From IMG/VR virus record IMGVR_UViG_3300025137_005045: DNA of 64,000 nt. One strand, 5' to 3'. Position 1 is the first letter of the stretch. Every line of letters starts with the position of its first letter. The notes below the pieces were generated by a model. The model was not told the origin of the DNA. It did not search any database and saw nothing but the letters and a program-made list of their open reading frames with translations. The DNA comes from a virus. Its lineage: Duplodnaviria; Caudoviricetes. Below are positions 46,855 through 56,667 of the stretch, in pieces. Made by a program: the position numbers and the translations under genes.

Positions 46855-47805
46855 ATGAGTGATTTATTAGTAGTTGGTGTTGAAGGTGTGATGCGTAATC
46901 ATCCAATGCCTGAGTCTGATAACTTCGTAGTAGTACCTTGGGAAGATAAACACACTATCGAACGTGCAGACGTCTTTATACAGGCTAATATTAAAGAATG
47001 TAAACACAAAGGACTATGGGAGCAATATCAATATATTATCGATTCGGGTAAGCCTATTATCTGTGTAGAAAGTGCTGTGTTTAGAAAAAATATGGAAACT
47101 AATACAATACCCTACCATAGATGGTCATGGTGGTCATACTTCAATGACGAAGGTGACTACTGTAATGACAACTCAGACGAAACAAGATGGAAACAGATCT
47201 CTGAGGAACAACAGTTAAAGATAGAACCCTGGCAGAACAATCCAGAAGGACATATACTTCTTTGTCTACAACGTCCAGGTGATAGTAGTTTACATAGAAT
47301 CCTTACTAAGAAAAAATCATCATACCAACAGTGGATATGGAAAACAGTCAGGTATATCAGACGATACACTGATAGAAAAATTGTTATACGTATACATCCT
47401 TTGCGTCAACAAGCTAGTTTAAATATGTTGTTTTCAATTGACAGTGTATATAAGAATATCGAGATATCTACAGACACTACAGGTGCTACTATTGAAAATG
47501 GAAGTAATGGTGGTGATGGATTTATACGTGATCTTGAAGGTGCTTACTGTGTGGTAGGATTAAATTCAAATGCGTTAACTGAATCAGTTATGGCTGGTAT
47601 TCCTACATTTAGTTTATGTTCAGGTTCGATGGCATGGCCAGTGAGTAATCATTTTTTAAAAGATATTAATTCTCCAATTATGGAGTTTGATCGAACACAA
47701 TGGCTGTATAATTTAAGTTACTGCCAGTGGAGAAAGGATGAAATAGAGCAAGGACTTCCCTGGGAACATTTAAAGAAAAAATTACCGGAGATAATAAGAA
47801 AATAA
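46855..47805 (+). CDS. Capsule-synthesis/glycosyltransferase-like protein
   Basis: IRIHP, GLNSNALTES..GIP, WLYNLSYCQW. Confidence 0.55.
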   Translation: MSDLLVVGVEGVMRNHPMPESDNFVVVPWEDKHTIERADVFIQANIKECKHKGLWEQYQYIIDSGKPIICVESAVFRKNMETNTIPYHRWSWWSYFNDEGDYCNDNSDETRWKQISEEQQLKIEPWQNNPEGHILLCLQRPGDSSLHRILTKKKSSYQQWIWKTVRYIRRYTDRKIVIRIHPLRQQASLNMLFSIDSVYKNIEISTDTTGATIENGSNGGDGFIRDLEGAYCVVGLNSNALTESVMAGIPTFSLCSGSMAWPVSNHFLKDINSPIMEFDRTQWLYNLSYCQWRKDEIEQGLPWEHLKKKLPEIIRK

Positions 47806-48299
47806 TGACAACTATTTTTATAGATATGGATGGAGTAGTGGCAGACTTTGATGGATATGCTCATAGAACATTGGGCATTGAAAGTAAACCAGGATTTAGA
47901 TTCGACCAAAACGATTGGTATAAACTACGTCAACATAGTAATCGCATATACAGCATAATTCCTGTCCTACCAAATGCGTATGAGCTTGTTAGTAAGCTAA
48001 AAGAATTTCGTGATCAATATGGAGTTGAACTGCGTTTTTTAACAGCAATACCTAAGGAAAATGATTTAGGCTGGGCATTTTGGGATAAAATGGAATGGGC
48101 ATGCAAGCATTTTCCAGGAATACCTGTATGGTTCGGTCCTTACTCAACAGATAAACAACACCACCATAAGCCTGGAGACATCCTGATAGATGATAGAGTT
48201 GGTAACATCGAACAATGGCCTGAACATGGAATATTATACCAAGGTAACGATGAAATAACGTTAAATACAGTAGAACAAATACTTAGGGGTAAATCGTAA
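47805..48299 (+). CDS. 5'(3')-deoxyribonucleotidase (HAD/NT5C)
   Basis: DMDGVVADF; FLTA; K..W; LIDDR. Confidence 0.88.
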   Translation: MTTIFIDMDGVVADFDGYAHRTLGIESKPGFRFDQNDWYKLRQHSNRIYSIIPVLPNAYELVSKLKEFRDQYGVELRFLTAIPKENDLGWAFWDKMEWACKHFPGIPVWFGPYSTDKQHHHKPGDILIDDRVGNIEQWPEHGILYQGNDEITLNTVEQILRGKS

Positions 48300-48300
48300 C

Positions 48301-48525
48301 TTGGCAAAAGAAGATATCATAGAATTAACAGGAGTAGTAACAGAAGTTTTACCTAACGCATTTTTTAAAGTTAAAATTGACAATATGGAAGATAAAGAAA
48401 TTACATGTTATCTATCTGGCAAGATGCGTAAATTTACTATTAAAGTTATTCTTGGAGATGCTGTCGAACTTGAACTTACTCCATATGATTTAGAAAAAGG
48501 TCGTATTACAAGACGCCACAAGTAA
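48301..48525 (+). CDS. infA: Translation initiation factor IF-1
   Basis: MAKEDIIE..G.V.E.LPNA.F..LSGKMR..I.V..GD.V..ELTPYDLEKGRI. Confidence 0.97.
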   Translation: MAKEDIIELTGVVTEVLPNAFFKVKIDNMEDKEITCYLSGKMRKFTIKVILGDAVELELTPYDLEKGRITRRHK

Positions 48526-48544
48526 CTTAATTAGGAGAAACATT

Positions 48545-48706
48545 ATGACAAATTGGATTAAAAAACGTTGGGCTGAAAGAAGTTCACAAAGCGGCGTAGC
48601 ACTAGTAGCATTTGGAGTTATTGCTATTGTATTCACACCATTTGTATCATTTGCGGCTTATGCGGCAATTATCTACGGTGGATATCAGATTTGGAAGAAA
48701 GGATAG
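48545..48706 (+). CDS. Small membrane protein (53 aa), not in ORF track
   Basis: SD AGGAG; two hydrophobic segments. Confidence 0.65.
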   Translation: MTNWIKKRWAERSSQSGVALVAFGVIAIVFTPFVSFAAYAAIIYGGYQIWKKG

Positions 48707-48707
48707 T

Positions 48708-49040
48708 ATGATTACCGTTACTGAATCAGCAATAAAAAAATTAAAAGAAATAATAGCTGAAGAAGACGACCCAAACTTAAAAGTAAGAATGTTTGTTAGT
48801 GGTGGCGGGTGTTCAGGAATGCAATATGGTTTTACTCTCGAAGAGGAACCAGCAAACGAAGATGATTTTGATCTAGAAGTAGCTCCAGGTGTACATATGT
48901 TAGTAGATTCAATGAGCGGACAATATGTGCAAGGTGCTGAAGTTGATTTTGCTGAATCTCTGCAAGGTAGCCAATTTGCTATTAAAAATCCTAACGCAGA
49001 AACAACATGTGGATGTGGATCCAGCTTTAGTCCAGGTTAA
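48708..49040 (+). CDS. erpA: Fe-S cluster insertion protein ErpA/IscA family
   Basis: [11 protein letters not shown]; [14 protein letters not shown]; start at 48708 rather than 48612. Confidence 0.93.
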   Translation: MITVTESAIKKLKEIIAEEDDPNLKVRMFVSGGGCSGMQYGFTLEEEPANEDDFDLEVAPGVHMLVDSMSGQYVQGAEVDFAESLQGSQFAIKNPNAETTCGCGSSFSPG

Positions 49041-49060
49041 ATACCTTCTTAGACTGACAT

Positions 49061-49087
49061 AAACCCGTCTAGTGCGGGTTTTCTTTT
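49061..49087 (+). terminator. Rho-independent terminator
   Basis: AAACCCG-N7-CGGGTTT plus T-rich tail. Confidence 0.8.
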
Positions 49088-49102
49088 CTGATAAATAGTT
49101 GC

Positions 49103-52000
49103 ATGGCACATTTACTCGGCACAGGCAAACCAATATGGGAAACTCCAGCAGGAGACCTAGGAACTATACAAGAAGGTAAGTTCTATCAAGTCACATTGTC
49201 TGCGTTTGAGGAAGAATCAAGTCCTCAAAGTTCAACAACACTCCATTACACTCTGATCGCAGGCGAGTTACCTGATGGTATACAAGTTACTAAAACAGGT
49301 TTTATAGAAGGCGTTCCTAGAGCAATATCAAGTGTGAAAGGTGTACCTACAGAAGTTGCCGAAAACGTAACTAGTAAATTTACAGTTAGAGCATTTACAA
49401 AAAACGAAGATGAAACTGTATTTCGTGTAGCAGACAGAACATTCAGTATTATAGTAACAGGCCAAGACATTCCAGAATGGAAAACAACTGCTGGTAGCTT
49501 AGGCACATTCATTGATGGAAATAAAATATCTTTACAATTAGAATATGAAGATCCTGATCCAGGGCAAACAGTAACTACAAATTTATTATCGGGATCATTA
49601 CCTCCTGGAATAACATTAAGTGATCAAGGTTTATTGTCTGGGGTATTAGAACCAGTTGTTAGACTGCCTGGAGATGCATTACCTGGTTATGATGTTACAC
49701 CATTTGACAAGTATCCATTAGATATTGCTACCCGAAGCTCAAGTCAAAATTATCAGTTTACTGTAGAAGTTTCCGACGGTATAGATTCAAACGTAAGAAC
49801 TTTTGAAATGTTTGTTCATAGTAGAGATGACCTTACAGCAGATAGTGGAATACTTACAGCAGATGGCGGAATACTTACAGCAGATACAGGTGTAAGAAGA
49901 ACTCCTTTTTTAACAACACCATCAACAGACTTAGGTATTGTTAGGCACGATAATTTCTTTGCATTTAAATTTGATGCAATAGATACCGACGGTGATGCTA
50001 TTCAATTTTCAATAACTGTTGGTGCCGGAGTAGGATTTGATGCTGACGGTTCACTGTTTGACGCTGAGGGAGTTGGGTTTGATCGAGGAACATTAAGTTT
50101 ACCACCAGGACTTTCCATTGATACTAATACTGGATTCTTTTACGGAAACATTCCCGATGTTGGGTTGACAGAAACAACATATACATTTGCAGTACAAGTA
50201 ATGAAAAAAGATGACAACACAATTAAAAGTCCATTGACCTACTTTACAATAACTATCATTGGTAATATCGACACTGATGTAACCTGGGTTACACCAACAA
50301 CAACTGTTGGTACAACCACTAATGTTATTTCTACAATTTCCAATGGTGATATATCTCAACTATATGTAGAAGCACAGATGTTAAGTGGTACACCAGTTGA
50401 ATATAGATTAAAAGCAGGAACAAACAGTTCATTGCCACAAGGATTAACTTTATTACCTAGTGGAAATATAGTCGGAATGGCAAGTTTCCAAGGATTTACT
50501 CTTGACAAGGGAACAACTACTTTTGACGAAGAACTAGGAACTAGATTAAAAGTTGATCCAACCACACTTGATAGAACCTACACATTCACTGTTGAAGCAT
50601 TCAATGCTGAAAAAAAGATTGCAACTAGTAAAACATTTAATATCATAATTAATCAGAAATATAAAAAACCATACGAAACTCTTTATATAAAAGCATTCAC
50701 TGAAAAAGAAGATAGAGATACACTAAACGAGCTATTAGATAATCAGGATATATTCAATAGCGATCACATATATAGATTAGATGATCCAAACTTTGGTAAA
50801 GCAACATCAATAGAATATCAACATGCGTTTGGACTACACTCATCGAGTCTTAATGATTATGCCACAGCCGTGCAATTAAATCATCATAGAAAAGATCTTG
50901 TGCTAGGTGAAATTAAAACAGCACAGGCACTTGATGTCAATGACAATATTTTATATGAGGTTGTATACAGCGAGATCAATGGTGGATTATTAAACAATGA
51001 TGGCCAGTCAGTAAGTTTAGCTGTTACATTAGATACAACAGCAAATATAAACGGAGTGGATTATAACACAGTGTATCCAGCTAGTTTATTAAATATGCAA
51101 ACCAGATTAATTAACCAGACTGGACAGTTTGGAGAAATATTACCAGACTGGATGAAATCAAAACAAACAGATGGAAAAGTACTTGGATTTACACCGGCTT
51201 GGGTTATAGCATATACTAAACCTGGTAGATCAAAACAAATTGCATACAATATTAAAGAAAACTTTACTGGTAAACTAAACAGCATTGATTTTACCATTGA
51301 CAGATATATTATCGATCGACGTGCAAGTCAACATTGGGACTTTACTAATCAAGAATTTTTAACTGGAACACAAACAACCTTTGATGACACTGGCATACTT
51401 TCAAGTTTAACATTTAAGAAACAGGTTAATTTAGCTACAGAACAAGCATTTAGTGACATTGACGGACAAACACTTGCTCATTTAGCAAGTCTAGGTGGCA
51501 TAGACGGTAAAACGACATTGGCTGAACTAAACGGAAAAACTTTAGTATTTGCCAAGCAAGAAGGATTCCCTGCAGGAACTGATGAAGCATTTACAACCAG
51601 TTCAAGTACAATTGTACCTGGACAAGATGATGCACTTGAAGATTCAACAGAAAATAATGATAGAATGAGTATTTGGACTATCAGTGTTAATTCAGAAACA
51701 AACATTATAACTTTAACAAAAACTACAGATACAACAACAAACGACTATATCAAGATCACAGAAGGTCTCTCTTACGGTAACAGCTTTTTATTCTTCCCAA
51801 CAAGTTCAGCACCAGGATTGAGATTTGTAAGCTGGCAACACACTAACTTTGAAGATACTGTTGAAACATTATTTGATGGTGGATCAACTCGCTTCATAAG
51901 TAAAGCTGATGTCTACGTAAGTGATGACAAGTTTGATAAATATGTATTATACCCAAAGCATAACATTATTGGAAACGAGGATTATATAACAAATGGCTAG
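49103..52000 (+). CDS. Large virion protein (baseplate-like, Ig-like repeats)
   Basis: Late promoter at 49091; repeated W.T.AG.LG / G.LP.G..L..G.I.G / YTF.V units. Confidence 0.75.
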   Translation: MAHLLGTGKPIWETPAGDLGTIQEGKFYQVTLSAFEEESSPQSSTTLHYTLIAGELPDGIQVTKTGFIEGVPRAISSVKGVPTEVAENVTSKFTVRAFTKNEDETVFRVADRTFSIIVTGQDIPEWKTTAGSLGTFIDGNKISLQLEYEDPDPGQTVTTNLLSGSLPPGITLSDQGLLSGVLEPVVRLPGDALPGYDVTPFDKYPLDIATRSSSQNYQFTVEVSDGIDSNVRTFEMFVHSRDDLTADSGILTADGGILTADTGVRRTPFLTTPSTDLGIVRHDNFFAFKFDAIDTDGDAIQFSITVGAGVGFDADGSLFDAEGVGFDRGTLSLPPGLSIDTNTGFFYGNIPDVGLTETTYTFAVQVMKKDDNTIKSPLTYFTITIIGNIDTDVTWVTPTTTVGTTTNVISTISNGDISQLYVEAQMLSGTPVEYRLKAGTNSSLPQGLTLLPSGNIVGMASFQGFTLDKGTTTFDEELGTRLKVDPTTLDRTYTFTVEAFNAEKKIATSKTFNIIINQKYKKPYETLYIKAFTEKEDRDTLNELLDNQDIFNSDHIYRLDDPNFGKATSIEYQHAFGLHSSSLNDYATAVQLNHHRKDLVLGEIKTAQALDVNDNILYEVVYSEINGGLLNNDGQSVSLAVTLDTTANINGVDYNTVYPASLLNMQTRLINQTGQFGEILPDWMKSKQTDGKVLGFTPAWVIAYTKPGRSKQIAYNIKENFTGKLNSIDFTIDRYIIDRRASQHWDFTNQEFLTGTQTTFDDTGILSSLTFKKQVNLATEQAFSDIDGQTLAHLASLGGIDGKTTLAELNGKTLVFAKQEGFPAGTDEAFTTSSSTIVPGQDDALEDSTENNDRMSIWTISVNSETNIITLTKTTDTTTNDYIKITEGLSYGNSFLFFPTSSAPGLRFVSWQHTNFEDTVETLFDGGSTRFISKADVYVSDDKFDKYVLYPKHNIIGNEDYITNG

Positions 52001-52886
52001 TAACATAAACCCAAACAACATTGACAGTGCATACCCTGTAGCTGGTCAAGACAACGATTCACAAGGCTTTCGTGATAACTTTACGAATATAAAAAATAAT
52101 TTTACAGAAGCTGAAACTGAAATTGACGATTTACAGGCTAAGGTAATAGTTAAGTCAGCACTTACAGGAACAACTGTAGACAATGACTTTAGTGATACTG
52201 TAGTAAAAGCGGCTAAGGTACAGGACCTTAGTGAAACTGCTGTCATACTTGGTACCACTGGCGGAACGCTAACACTTAATCACAACACTGGACACTATTA
52301 TACTGTAACTACAAATGCATCAGCAACACTAGCATTTACAAACTTTCCACCAAGTGGTGCAAAAGGTAGGGTACAACTAGCAATCACAGTTTCTAACGTG
52401 GCACATACACTAACACTACCATCGGCAGTATCAAGGGGTGTTGTAGGTATTCAGGGTATAGCTTCAAATGTAATTACATTTGGTGCAACCGGTACATACA
52501 TATTTGAATTTACAACTAGCGATAGTGGAACTCTTATCCACATTGAAGAATTATCCAGACCAAGAAATTCATTTGATAATCCAATTTTTCTAGGATCATC
52601 AGAGGATGTTGCAAATGCAGGTGCTATCAGTTTAACTACAGCGGCATCACACTTTTCCACAGGTGGAGCAGAAACAGCTACATTGGCCGCAGGTGCTGAT
52701 GGACAAGTTAAAACATTAATGATGGCCGCCGACGGTGGTAACATGGTTGTAACTGTAACTAATGCAGGTTGGAAGACAACAGGCACTGGTACAATTACTT
52801 TTGGAGACATTGGAGATGCTTGTACACTACAGTATATTAATTCAAAATGGTATGCAGTTGGAGTTAATGGCGTAGCATTTGGATAA
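51993..52886 (+). CDS. Virion structural protein
   Basis: YPVAGQDNDSQGFRDNF; Thr/Gly-rich; coupled to the previous gene. Confidence 0.65.
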   Translation: MASNINPNNIDSAYPVAGQDNDSQGFRDNFTNIKNNFTEAETEIDDLQAKVIVKSALTGTTVDNDFSDTVVKAAKVQDLSETAVILGTTGGTLTLNHNTGHYYTVTTNASATLAFTNFPPSGAKGRVQLAITVSNVAHTLTLPSAVSRGVVGIQGIASNVITFGATGTYIFEFTTSDSGTLIHIEELSRPRNSFDNPIFLGSSEDVANAGAISLTTAASHFSTGGAETATLAAGADGQVKTLMMAADGGNMVVTVTNAGWKTTGTGTITFGDIGDACTLQYINSKWYAVGVNGVAFG

Positions 52887-52898
52887 TACCAAAATAGT

Positions 52899-52944
52899 TT
52901 GACACCGGCTCCTAGTTACTATATAATAACATATAGACTAGGAG
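52899..52944 (+). promoter_or_regulatory. sigma70 promoter nested in a 14-bp anti-SD hairpin upstream of mazG
   Basis: TTGACA 52899, TATAAT 52922; CTCCTAGT/ACTAGGAG plus CTATAT/ATATAG. Confidence 0.75.
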
Positions 52945-52950
52945 TTTTTA

Positions 52951-53364
52951 ATGACTGAACAGATTGATTTAAACAAGTATCAAGATTTCGTTCAAGAAGT
53001 AACCAGTGACGAAAGTAACAGTAATAAATCACTATGCGATAGAGTAACACAATTAACTGATGAAACAGATGTTAATGTATCATTACTAATGACAGCCGCT
53101 ATTGGTTTATCTGCTGAATGTGGTGAGTTTGCTGAACTACCAAAAAAAGTAATATTTCAAGGTAAAGAACTCAATGAAGATACTGTATTCCATATGAAGC
53201 GTGAACTAGGTGATATACTTTGGTATTGGGCAAATGCTTGTAGAGCATTGAACTTGAATCCAAATGATGTTATACTAGAAAATATTAACAAACTAAAAAG
53301 CCGTTACCCTGGTGGTGAGTTCGACGCTTTTTATAGTGAAAATAGGAAAGACGGAGATTTATAA
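52951..53364 (+). CDS. mazG: MazG-like nucleoside triphosphate pyrophosphohydrolase
   Basis: GLSAECGEFAE..KK; RELGDILWY; NINKLKSRYP. Confidence 0.9.
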   Translation: MTEQIDLNKYQDFVQEVTSDESNSNKSLCDRVTQLTDETDVNVSLLMTAAIGLSAECGEFAELPKKVIFQGKELNEDTVFHMKRELGDILWYWANACRALNLNPNDVILENINKLKSRYPGGEFDAFYSENRKDGDL

Positions 53365-53597
53365 TGGAACACCCATTGATTGGTGATTTAAAAGATCTTA
53401 ATCTAGAGCAACTTCAAGGTAAGCTCAGCGAAATAAACAAAAAATTAAGTTTTAGTTATAAAACTAACAACCAGGCACTAATAAATCAATTACAGTTGGT
53501 GCAATCCAGTTATCAAACAGAGTATAATCGTAAAATGAAAGAACTAATGCCTAAAGATGATGATGACGAACACAATGATAAAATTGATATATCGTGA
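53364..53597 (+). CDS. Hypothetical coiled-coil protein
   Basis: ORF track; coupled. Confidence 0.7.
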   Translation: MEHPLIGDLKDLNLEQLQGKLSEINKKLSFSYKTNNQALINQLQLVQSSYQTEYNRKMKELMPKDDDDEHNDKIDIS

Positions 53598-54199
53598 ATA
53601 TACGTTTAGCTAAAGATTATAATTTACTAGCATCAGTGTATTGGGACGAAGAAATAATGAGTAATTATTATTCAATAAGTTTAGGTATGCTTACTAATAG
53701 TGAAAGCAGTAGTGAACAAAATATAGCTTTTGGTCGTGTTGCTAGTTATATTGGAGATATTTTACAATCAGGTGTGTTTATTAGTCAGTCTGAAAAAGAA
53801 CAAATACATCAACTACAAAATGCTAAAATGAAAACGATAATATTACCCGAACGACCATTTGACCAAAGTGTAGCAATTATGTTATTCTGTAAGTTAAATG
53901 CAATTTGTGAAGATAAATTGTTAATTACTGATATCACTGTTACCAGTTCACTTAGTGATAACGTTAGATATATGATTGATGCTGAAGATCAATTTGGTCC
54001 ATTTGGTGAAGATGGATGGTGGCACGAATCTAATCCAGATTGGTTTGATCACACCATTGGCGAAGATAACACCAAAGTTATTAAAATGGATGAAAGATTA
54101 ACCTGGGAAAATGTTAATCTAAATTGGGAAGAAAAAGAAGAAAAAGAAGAAAGTATTAACAATGTTGTTAAAGGAAATTTTAATAAACAAGATGATTGA
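53594..54199 (+). CDS. Hypothetical protein
   Basis: ORF track; coupled. Confidence 0.7.
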   Translation: MNIRLAKDYNLLASVYWDEEIMSNYYSISLGMLTNSESSSEQNIAFGRVASYIGDILQSGVFISQSEKEQIHQLQNAKMKTIILPERPFDQSVAIMLFCKLNAICEDKLLITDITVTSSLSDNVRYMIDAEDQFGPFGEDGWWHESNPDWFDHTIGEDNTKVIKMDERLTWENVNLNWEEKEEKEESINNVVKGNFNKQDD

Positions 54200-54698
54200 A
54201 GACCGTTACGGAAGAATAGCATTAGAACAAGATGATATCATTGATGTTATGATGACAGATCCTGACGTAAAAATAAAAAAAGCATTGGTTAAAGATTGTG
54301 ACCTAACTCAAGTACAGGATCTAATAGATGAAGTATATGATTTTCAACAGTATACTAATTTAGATATACCAGTAGCTGAATTTGATGCACAAAATCAAGT
54401 TGCTTGGCATATGCCTAACGAATACAAAGACTTAGATATTGCAAAATGGTTAATTGATCAATGTGAAACACAACCTGAACTACAAAGAGTTGGTGAAGAG
54501 CTACTGCTGTTCCAAGAACGTGATTTATTTGATCTGTTGAAATATCTTAAATATTTGGTAGACACTATGAGAAAAAACAAGGTCATATGGGGAGTAGGTA
54601 GGGGTAGTTCAGTAGCAAGTTATGTATTATATCTAATTGGTATTCATAAAGTGGATTCGATGTATTATGATTTACCCATTGACGAGTTCCTTAGATAA
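54192..54698 (+). CDS. Stand-alone DNA polymerase III alpha (DnaE) fragment
   Basis: WGVGRGSSVASYVLYLIGIHKVD matches G.GRGS..GS.V.Y.LGIT.VD; ends before the PDID catalytic motif. Confidence 0.8.
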   Translation: MIEDRYGRIALEQDDIIDVMMTDPDVKIKKALVKDCDLTQVQDLIDEVYDFQQYTNLDIPVAEFDAQNQVAWHMPNEYKDLDIAKWLIDQCETQPELQRVGEELLLFQERDLFDLLKYLKYLVDTMRKNKVIWGVGRGSSVASYVLYLIGIHKVDSMYYDLPIDEFLR

Positions 54699-54728
54699 GT
54701 ATGTATATAATGATTATGGAGAAATATT

Positions 54729-55277
54729 ATGGCAAACAAGCGTAGGACAGCAAGCGGTGGCATGGTTGATCTTGGTGCTTTAATACTGTCGCAAGATAAT
54801 ACAAGGTCAGTTGGTAATATGGGAGTTAATGCTCGTGGGGATAGAATTAACAGTCGTAACGAAGTAGTTGAAACGAGGAATGAAATAGTGCAAACACAAT
54901 ATGATAGAGCTCACTCTAATGTAGTTCAAGATGCTCCAATACCTACCAGTGCTAAACATGCAGAAGAACTAGCACGACAAGAAGAAAAAAATACTAAAAG
55001 GGCAAAAGCAGTTACTCCTAAAGTTAAAAAGACAAAAGCAAAAGCAAAAGCACCAGAGGTTAAAGAAGAAATACTTCCAGTTGCAAAGGAAACTGTAATT
55101 GAAAAACCTATAATTGAAAAACCAGTAACACAAGAATCAGTTGTGTCTGTTAATAAAAATACAGTACCACAAGGTGGATTGGCGGCGGCAATTGCTAAAG
55201 CAAAACAGATTAAAGAAGAAGAAAGAAAAACACCTAGACAACAGGAACAAGAGAAAAAAGGAGTTACAAAACTATAA
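54729..55277 (+). CDS. Hypothetical Lys/Glu-rich protein
   Basis: GNMGVNARGD motif; SD GGAG. Confidence 0.7.
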   Translation: MANKRRTASGGMVDLGALILSQDNTRSVGNMGVNARGDRINSRNEVVETRNEIVQTQYDRAHSNVVQDAPIPTSAKHAEELARQEEKNTKRAKAVTPKVKKTKAKAKAPEVKEEILPVAKETVIEKPIIEKPVTQESVVSVNKNTVPQGGLAAAIAKAKQIKEEERKTPRQQEQEKKGVTKL

Positions 55278-55645
55278 TGGCTTACGGTGCGGCTTGGGAA
55301 ATTAAATCTATTAGACCATTACACGATCAAGTGATTGTACGTGATATGGATTTTAAAGAAAGAGTAACTAGTTCAGGAATCATTGTACTTGGTGATGATG
55401 GAAAAAGTGAAGGCATTAGACCAAGATGGGGTCAAGTGTATGCAGTTGGTCCAGAACAAAAAGACTATCAAGTTGGCCAATGGATTATGATTGCACACGG
55501 TCGTTGGACACGAGGAGCAGAGGTTGAAATCAATGGAGAAGAATTTACTATACGTAAAGTAGACCTCAATGACATATTACTAGTCAGTGATGAAAAACCA
55601 GAAGATGACACAATGTCAACAGTTGAAATGCCAGAACGTAATTAA
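55277..55645 (+). CDS. groES: Co-chaperonin GroES-like
   Basis: IRPLHDQVIV..TSSGII..G.V.AVGP. Confidence 0.85.
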   Translation: MAYGAAWEIKSIRPLHDQVIVRDMDFKERVTSSGIIVLGDDGKSEGIRPRWGQVYAVGPEQKDYQVGQWIMIAHGRWTRGAEVEINGEEFTIRKVDLNDILLVSDEKPEDDTMSTVEMPERN

Positions 55646-55719
55646 ATATAACCTAAATTGATTGCAATTTTTAAATATCTTTGCTATAATATAAAAAACT
55701 TTATCAATAAGGGATCTAA

Positions 55720-56637
55720 ATGAAACAACTGTGGACTGAGAAGTATCGACCTGATAACGTAGACGGATATGTATTCCGTGATGGTGCACAAAAAGAACAA
55801 GTAGCACAATGGATTAAAGAAAAAACTATTCCGCACTTACTGTTTAGTGGTGCACCTGGTGTAGGTAAGACTACACTGGCAAAAATCTTAATCAAACAAC
55901 TAGGTATAGATGATTATGATGTATTAGAGATTAATGCATCAAGAGAAAACTCTGTAGATACTATCCGTGATAAGATATCTGGTTTTGTAGAAACTATGCC
56001 TTTTGGTGACTTTAAAATTGTACTGTTGGATGAGGCTGATTACATAAGTCCAAATGGTCAAGCGGCACTTCGTGGGGTTATGGAAACATATGCACAGACA
56101 GCAAGATTTATGTTAACTTGTAACTATCCAAACAGGGTTATACCAGCACTACATTCTAGATGCCAGGGCTTTCATATTGAGAAGATTGATCAAAATGAGT
56201 TTACAGCACGTATGGCTAAAGTAATGCTAGATGAAGAAGTTAAGTTTGAATTAGACATATTAGATACCTATGTAAAAGCAACGTATCCAGACTTGCGTAA
56301 ATGCTTAAACATCTGTCAGATGAATTCAAATGACGGTACATTAAGCAAACCACACGGTGATGAAGGTGGCAGTCAAGAGTATAAACTGGAAGTGGTTACC
56401 TTGTTTAAAGCAGGAAAGATCAAAGAAGCAAGGCAAATGCTATGCAAGAATGCACGTCCTGAGGAGATGGAAGAAATGTTTCGTTGGATGTATGACAATA
56501 TTGATTTATGGGGCACGACAGAAGAACAACGAGATGCCGCAATCATTGTGATTAGAAATGGATTAGTTAATCATGCTATGGTAGCAGATCCTGAAATCAA
56601 CTTATCAGCAACACTGTGCGAGCTTACACAATTATGA
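55720..56637 (+). CDS. Clamp-loader (RFC/gp44-like) AAA+ subunit
   Basis: WTEKYRP, GAPGVGKTT, EINAS, LDEAD, SRC. Confidence 0.93.
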   Translation: MKQLWTEKYRPDNVDGYVFRDGAQKEQVAQWIKEKTIPHLLFSGAPGVGKTTLAKILIKQLGIDDYDVLEINASRENSVDTIRDKISGFVETMPFGDFKIVLLDEADYISPNGQAALRGVMETYAQTARFMLTCNYPNRVIPALHSRCQGFHIEKIDQNEFTARMAKVMLDEEVKFELDILDTYVKATYPDLRKCLNICQMNSNDGTLSKPHGDEGGSQEYKLEVVTLFKAGKIKEARQMLCKNARPEEMEEMFRWMYDNIDLWGTTEEQRDAAIIVIRNGLVNHAMVADPEINLSATLCELTQL

Positions 56638-56667
56638 TAACAAAAATAGATTCAATAAATAGTCATA

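Noticed and set aside
49830-49890. 21-bp repeats (LTADSGI/LTADGGI/LTADT)
   Set aside because: Ordinary coding repeat within a structural protein
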